A stretch of DNA of 40,464 nt, from positions 1 through 40,464 of IMG/VR virus record IMGVR_UViG_643348545_000008. One strand, written 5' to 3'. Position 1 is the stretch's first letter. Every line of letters begins with the position of its first letter. Of this stretch, positions 35,148-40,464 are shown piece by piece. The position numbers were made by a program, and so were the translations under genes. The notes under the pieces were generated by a model. The model worked only from the letters and a program-made list of their open reading frames with translations. It was not told the origin of the DNA and made no database searches. This DNA is from a virus (taxonomy: Duplodnaviria > Heunggongvirae > Uroviricota > Caudoviricetes).

Positions 35148-37539
35148 GTGGGTAAAGGTGGCGGCAAGGCACACACGCCTCGTGAGGCGAAGGATAATCT
35201 CAAATCCACGCAGATGATGAGCGTGATTGATGCCATTGGTGAGGGACCGATAGAAGGTCCGGTGAAGGGACTGCAGAGTATCCTGGTGAACAAAACCCCG
35301 CTGACGGACACGGACGGTAATCCCGTGATACACGGTGTGACCGCCGTCTGGCGTGCCGGGGAGCAGGAGCAGACACCACCGGAAGGCTTTGAGTCCTCCG
35401 GAGCTGAAACTGTACTGGGTGTGGAAGTGACGAAGGCAAAACCGGTGACACGCACCATTACGTCAGCGAACATTGACCGCCTGCGGGTGACCTTCGGGGT
35501 GCAGTCACTGGTGGAGACCACGTCAAAGGGTGACCGTAATCCGACGTCTGTCCGCCTGCTGATTCAGCTTGAGCGTGGTGGTAAATGGATGACGGAAAAG
35601 GATGTCACCATTAACGGCAAGACCACCTCGCAGTTCCTGGCGTCGGTGATTCTGGATAATCTGCCGCCCCGGCCCTTTAACATCCGGATGGTCAGGGAGA
35701 CGGCGGACAGCACCACGGACCAGCTGCAGAATAAGACGCTCTGGTCGTCATACACCGAAATCATCGATGTGAAACAGTGCTACCCGAACACGGTCATTGT
35801 GGGGCTGCAGGTGGATGCGGAGCAGTTCGGCGGCCAGCAGATGACGGTGAACTACCATATCCGTGGTCGCATCATCCAGGTGCCGTCAAACTATGACCCG
35901 GAAAAACGCACGTACAGCGGTATCTGGGACGGCAGTCTGAAACCGGCATACAGCAACAACCCGGCCTGGTGTCTGTGGGACATGCTGACTCACCCGCGCT
36001 ACGGCATGGGAAAACGCCTGGGGGCGGCGGATGTGGACAAGTGGGCGCTGTATGCCATCGGGCAGTACTGCGACCAGACGGTCCCGGATGGTTTCGGGGG
36101 CACAGAGCCGCGGATGACCTTTAATGCGTACCTGGCACAACAGCGTAAGGCATGGGACGTGCTCAGTGATTTCTGCTCGGCGGTTCCGGATTAACGCACC
36201 GGCAGCGCCTGCCGGTGTTGAACTGACGCCGGGGTATTTTCAGATAACGGCAGTCCCGCGTCTTGCGGTGTATGACCCGACGGTGCAGTTTGAGTTCTGG
36301 TTTTCGGAGGCAAAAATTGCAGACGCCGCACAGGTGGAAACCTCTGTCCGTTATCTGGGGACCGGCAGTCAGTGGAGTGTCTCCGGTCCGCACATTAAGC
36401 CCGGAAAGGATTTCTGGTTTTATGTGCGCAGCGTCAACCTGGTGGGTAAATCTGCTTTTGTGGAAGCCAGTGGACGGGCGAGCAATGATGCTGCGGGCTA
36501 TCTGGAACTTTTCCGGGAAAAGATAGGAAAACTGCATCTGGCAGAGGCGCTGTGGGCAGAGATTGACAACAGTCAGCTGAAGGACGAGATGGCGGAAATG
36601 CAGACCACCATCACCGAAACCCGCAATGAAATCACACAGACGGTCAGTAAAACGCTGGAGGACCAGAGCGCCACCATACAGCAGATACAGCGCGTGCAGA
36701 AGGACACAAATGATGACCTTGCTGCACTTTACATGCTGAAGGTACAGAAAACAAAAAATGGCATACCCTATGTTGCCGGTATTGGAGCGGGGATTGAGGA
36801 TACTGATGGCCAGCCCCTGAGCAACATACTGCTGCTGGCTGACCGTATTGCGATGATTAACCCGGAGGACGGCAACACCACGCCGTTATTTGTGGCGCAG
36901 GGGAATCAGTTGTTCATGAACGATGTGTTCCTGAAGCGACTGTTTGCGGTGAGTATCACCTCGTCCGGCAATCCCCCGACGTTTTCCCTGACGCCGGAGG
37001 GCAGGCTGACCGCAAGAAATGCTGATATCAGCGGTAACGTGAATGCGAATTCCGGGACGCTCAACAACGTCACGATTAACGAGAACTGTCGGGTTCTGGG
37101 AAAACTGTCCGCGAACCAGATTGAAGGCGATCTCGTTAAAACAGTGGGCAAAGCTTTCCCCCGGGATTCCCGTGCACCGGAGCGGTGGCCATCAGGGACC
37201 ATTACCGTCAGGGTTTATGACGATCAGCCGTTTGACCGGCAGATTGTTATTCCGGCGGTGGCATTCAGTGGCGCTAAGCATAAGAGAGAGCATACTGATA
37301 TTTACTCCTCATGCCGTCTGATAGTGCGGAAAAACGGTGCTGAAATTTATAACCGTACCGCGCTGGATAATACGCTGATTTACAGTGGCGTTATTGATAT
37401 GCCTGCCGGTCACGGTCACATGACACTGGAGTTTTCGGTGTCAGCATGGCTGGTAAATAACTGGTATCCCACAGCAAGTATCAGCGATTTGCTGGTTGTG
37501 GTGATGAAGAAAGCCACTGCAGGCATCACGATTAGCTGA
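35148..37539 (+). pseudogene. J: Central tail fibre / host-specificity protein J with internal out-of-frame deletion (N-terminal part 35148..36194, C-terminal part about 36190..37539)
   Basis: First ORF matches the lambda J N-terminus (KAHTPREAKDNLKSTQ ... [10 protein letters not shown]) then stops. A second ORF in another frame matches the J C-terminal third ([19 protein letters not shown] ... [10 protein letters not shown] ...). About 400 central residues are absent. Confidence 0.7.
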
Positions 37540-37558
37540 ATTTTATAACCCAGATACG

Positions 37559-37583
37559 GGCGCCAGAAATGGCGCCTTTTTTA
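37559..37583 (+). terminator. Intrinsic terminator after J
   Basis: ggcgcc-agaaat-ggcgcc hairpin plus tttttt. Confidence 0.6.
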
Positions 37584-37606
37584 TTGCAGAAAAGCGAGAG
37601 GTAATT

Positions 37607-38206
37607 ATGCGTAAAGTTTGTGCAGCCATTTTGTCCGCAGCCATCTGTCTGTCCGTATCCGGTGCGCCTGCATGGGCGTCTGAGCAGCAGGCCACGCTGA
37701 GTGCGGGGTATCTTCATGCCCTGACGAACACTACCGGTAGTGATGATCTGAACGGGATTAACGTGAAATACCGTTATGAATTTACGGACACGCTGGGGCT
37801 GATTACGTCATTCAGTTATGCCAATGCTGAAGGTGAGCAAAAAACGCACTACAACGATACCCGCTGGCATGAGGATTCTGTGCGTAACCGCTGGTTCAGC
37901 GTGATGGCGGGGCCATCTGTGCGCGTGAATGAATGGTTCAGCGCTTATGCGCTGGCCGGAGTGTCGTATGCCCGGGTGTCGTCTTTTGCCGGTGATTATG
38001 TGACCCTCACGTCAGATGAGGGTAAAAAGCAGGAGCACCTGACCCGTTCGGACAGCGGACGCCGCAGCCATACCGCACTGACATACAGTGCAGGCGTGCA
38101 GATTAACCCGACAGAAAATATCGTGGTCGACCTGGCTTATGAAGCCTCAGGACGTGGTGACTGGCGTACGGAGGCGTTTATTGTCGGCACCGGATACCGG
38201 TTCTGA
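37607..38206 (+). CDS. lom: Outer membrane protein Lom (Ail/PagC family, 199 aa)
   Basis: Signal peptide. Beta-barrel signature ending GTGYRF. Position immediately after J as in lambda. Confidence 0.85.
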   Translation: MRKVCAAILSAAICLSVSGAPAWASEQQATLSAGYLHALTNTTGSDDLNGINVKYRYEFTDTLGLITSFSYANAEGEQKTHYNDTRWHEDSVRNRWFSVMAGPSVRVNEWFSAYALAGVSYARVSSFAGDYVTLTSDEGKKQEHLTRSDSGRRSHTALTYSAGVQINPTENIVVDLAYEASGRGDWRTEAFIVGTGYRF

Positions 38207-38312
38207 GAGTATATGACGATTTATCTTCTGCAAACATTGTTATAATTCGCAGGTTCATCCGCCTCATGTGATGAACTGCGTTTGAGGAAACGTAAAGTTA
38301 CACTGTCCTGAA

Positions 38313-38345
38313 GCCCGTGGCGTCACTGCTGCGGGCTTTTTTTTA
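38313..38345 (+). terminator. Intrinsic terminator after lom
   Basis: gcccg-(14 nt)-cgggc hairpin followed by ttttttttt. Confidence 0.5.
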
Positions 38346-38357
38346 TGGGAGAAATCT

Positions 38358-39866
38358 ATGACAGTCAGAATATCGGGCGTGCTGAAGGACGGCACCGGGA
38401 AGCCGGTGCCGGGATGCACCATAGAGCTGAAAGCGCGACGCACCACAGAGACAGTGATAGTCACCACGGTGGCGCAGGGGCAGCCGGGGGAAACCGGCAG
38501 TTACAGTTTTGATGTGGAGCCGGGGTGGTACCGGGTGACGCTGAACACGGAAGGGTACGCCCCGTCGTATGTGGGTGACATTCTGGTGAAGGCGGATTCT
38601 GAGCCGGGAACGCTGAATAAATTTCTGATGGAACAGGATGAGGCGCAGTATTACCCGAAAGCGCTTGCAGAGCTGGAAGCGGTGGCAGCGGAAATCCTGA
38701 AGCGTGCTGAAGCGTCGGCGGCGAGTGCAGAGGAAGCGAAGAAACGGGCAGAGAATGCCCGGGGACCGGCGGGCGAGAAGGGAGACACAGGTCCACAGGG
38801 TGCCACAGGGGCACAGGGACCAGCCGGGGCAACGGGGGCGGTCGGACCAAAAGGTGAGCCGGGGCCAAAGGGAGAACGGGGAGAAACAGGTCCACAGGGA
38901 CCGAAGGGCGATAAAGGTGACCCGGGCGGACCGCCGGGGCCGAAAGGTGACACCGGCCCACGTGGAGAGGCCGGACCACCCGGACCACAGGGTCCGGCAG
39001 GGCAAACCGGCCCGAAAGGGGATAAAGGTGAACCCGGCGCAACAGGTCCGGCAGGTCCCGCAGGCCCTCGGGGAGAAACCGGCCCCGCAGGTCCTGCGGG
39101 TCCCGCAGGCAGTGTCGCCAGTGTTCCGGATGCCAGCACATCACAGAAAGGTGTTGTACAGCTGAGCAGCGATACCAACAGCGATGATGAAACAAAAGCG
39201 GCAACCCCAAAGGCTGTGAAAGCGGTAATGGCAGAAGTGCAGGCGGCAAAAACGAAGGCAGAAGAGGCAGCAACCCGGGCAGCAGTCCCCGGACCGAAGG
39301 GGGACAGGGGGGAACCTGGCGCACCTGGTGCAGTGGGGCCCGCAGGCCCACGGGGACCGGCTGGTGCAGCTGGTCCCAAAGGTGATGCAGGCCCGGCAGG
39401 GCCACGAGGTGAAAGGGGACCTGCGGGGGCACAGGGTGTTCCGGGGCCGGTTGGTCCGGCAGGTCCTGCGGGTAAAACGGGGCCACGAGGTTTGCAGGGA
39501 GAAACAGGAAGACAGGGCCCGACAGGTCCACAGGGCCCGACAGGTGAACCCGGACCACAGGGACCACAAGGGCCAACCGGAAGGCTGGTACCCGGGGAAA
39601 TTTACAGCATCGGAACATACATTATTGCCGCACTAGCCCCGTATACAACCGACATCGGCAGAACCTATCAGCCAGGAGAAACTGTACAGGGTTCACGCCT
39701 TAAGCGATGCGCCATAATCAAAGATGCAAGCGGGAACTATATGAAAGCTAACACCGATGGCATTGACGGCAACCTATCCTCAGTTCCGGGCTCATGGATG
39801 GTGTGTAATGAAATTACGTCGACAAATGACAATGAAGGCATCGGGCTGTTCCAGCGCGCATACTGA
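38358..39866 (+). CDS. stf: Side tail fibre protein with collagen-like G-X-Y repeats (Stf-like, 502 aa)
   Basis: N-terminus [28 protein letters not shown] matches lambda Stf. Two long Gly-X-Y tracts. The [28 protein letters not shown] motif is shared with Stf. Confidence 0.75.
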   Translation: MTVRISGVLKDGTGKPVPGCTIELKARRTTETVIVTTVAQGQPGETGSYSFDVEPGWYRVTLNTEGYAPSYVGDILVKADSEPGTLNKFLMEQDEAQYYPKALAELEAVAAEILKRAEASAASAEEAKKRAENARGPAGEKGDTGPQGATGAQGPAGATGAVGPKGEPGPKGERGETGPQGPKGDKGDPGGPPGPKGDTGPRGEAGPPGPQGPAGQTGPKGDKGEPGATGPAGPAGPRGETGPAGPAGPAGSVASVPDASTSQKGVVQLSSDTNSDDETKAATPKAVKAVMAEVQAAKTKAEEAATRAAVPGPKGDRGEPGAPGAVGPAGPRGPAGAAGPKGDAGPAGPRGERGPAGAQGVPGPVGPAGPAGKTGPRGLQGETGRQGPTGPQGPTGEPGPQGPQGPTGRLVPGEIYSIGTYIIAALAPYTTDIGRTYQPGETVQGSRLKRCAIIKDASGNYMKANTDGIDGNLSSVPGSWMVCNEITSTNDNEGIGLFQRAY

Positions 39867-39885
39867 CAGACAGGAGATGACATGA

Positions 39886-40464
39886 ATGTGGAAAAAAATA
39901 AGCAATCCGCAATGGGCAGATAAAGATCACACTGCTGTTAATTGCATGGTGAAGTTTGAGCACATTGAGCAGGCGGTTCCTTTCACTGCAACAGCCAGCG
40001 ATACCGAAGCATACGGGCGGGATATTTATGCCGCTTGTCTGAGAGGAGAGGCCGGTGAAATTGCAGAATATGTACAGCCATCCATCAGCCCGGAAAAAGC
40101 CAGAGAACTCAAAACCGCCGGGATCAACGCCTGGCGTAATGCGATGGAAGCGGCGAACTACACGTTTGAGCACAATGGGCGTAAATGGGACTACGGGAAG
40201 TCAACGCAGACGCGTCTTGAGCCGTCGGTGGCGGCAGCGAAAGCGGGGAAACTGCCGGAGGCGTTTTTCTGGACGGATGCGGACAATAATGACGTACCGA
40301 TGGACGCTGAAACACTGATTGCTCTGAGTGCTGCTGCAGAGCAGGCGATGTTTACCAAAGGGATGGAAATTCATGTCAGACAGCGCACGATGAAAAAAGA
40401 GATTGAAGCGCTGGATGATGCGGAAGCTATACTGGCGTATAAAATCGGTATCACAGACGGCTGA
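39886..40464 (+). CDS. tfa: Tail fibre assembly / chaperone-like protein (192 aa)
   Basis: Position immediately downstream of stf. Acidic protein. Stop codon coincides with the window end. Confidence 0.5.
   Translation: MWKKISNPQWADKDHTAVNCMVKFEHIEQAVPFTATASDTEAYGRDIYAACLRGEAGEIAEYVQPSISPEKARELKTAGINAWRNAMEAANYTFEHNGRKWDYGKSTQTRLEPSVAAAKAGKLPEAFFWTDADNNDVPMDAETLIALSAAAEQAMFTKGMEIHVRQRTMKKEIEALDDAEAILAYKIGITDG

Overview
This window is a lambdoid (lambda/HK97-mosaic, long-tailed) prophage of Escherichia/Shigella type, running from the integrase at the left edge to the side-tail-fibre assembly gene at the right edge. All calls come from reading the sequence and ORF track and from recalled family similarity; no database search was run. 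Layout: int-xis and a truncated exonuclease (minus strand), an IS1 copy with no target-site duplication, then plus-strand nin-like genes (hok toxin, DUF968-like, rusA, Q antiterminator), a late promoter/terminator pair, a DNA methyltransferase broken by one amber codon, two tRNAs, a moron block (TolA-C-terminal-domain lipoprotein, nanS-p-like esterase), a phage-21-type lysis cassette with insertions, a TonB-C-terminal-domain lipoprotein, HNH endonuclease and candidate cos region, terminase, head genes, lambda-like tail genes V-G/GT-H-M-L-K-I-J, an OmpC-family porin between M and L, lom, stf and tfa. No repressor, N or replication genes are present and J carries an out-of-frame internal deletion, so the element looks defective. 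The most interesting candidates for an undescribed system are the two lipoproteins carrying TolA and TonB C-terminal domains (possible decoys against Tol- and TonB-dependent phage or colicin import), followed by the unrecognised 329-aa gene between holin and endolysin and the four small membrane-peptide ORFs between endolysin and spanin.
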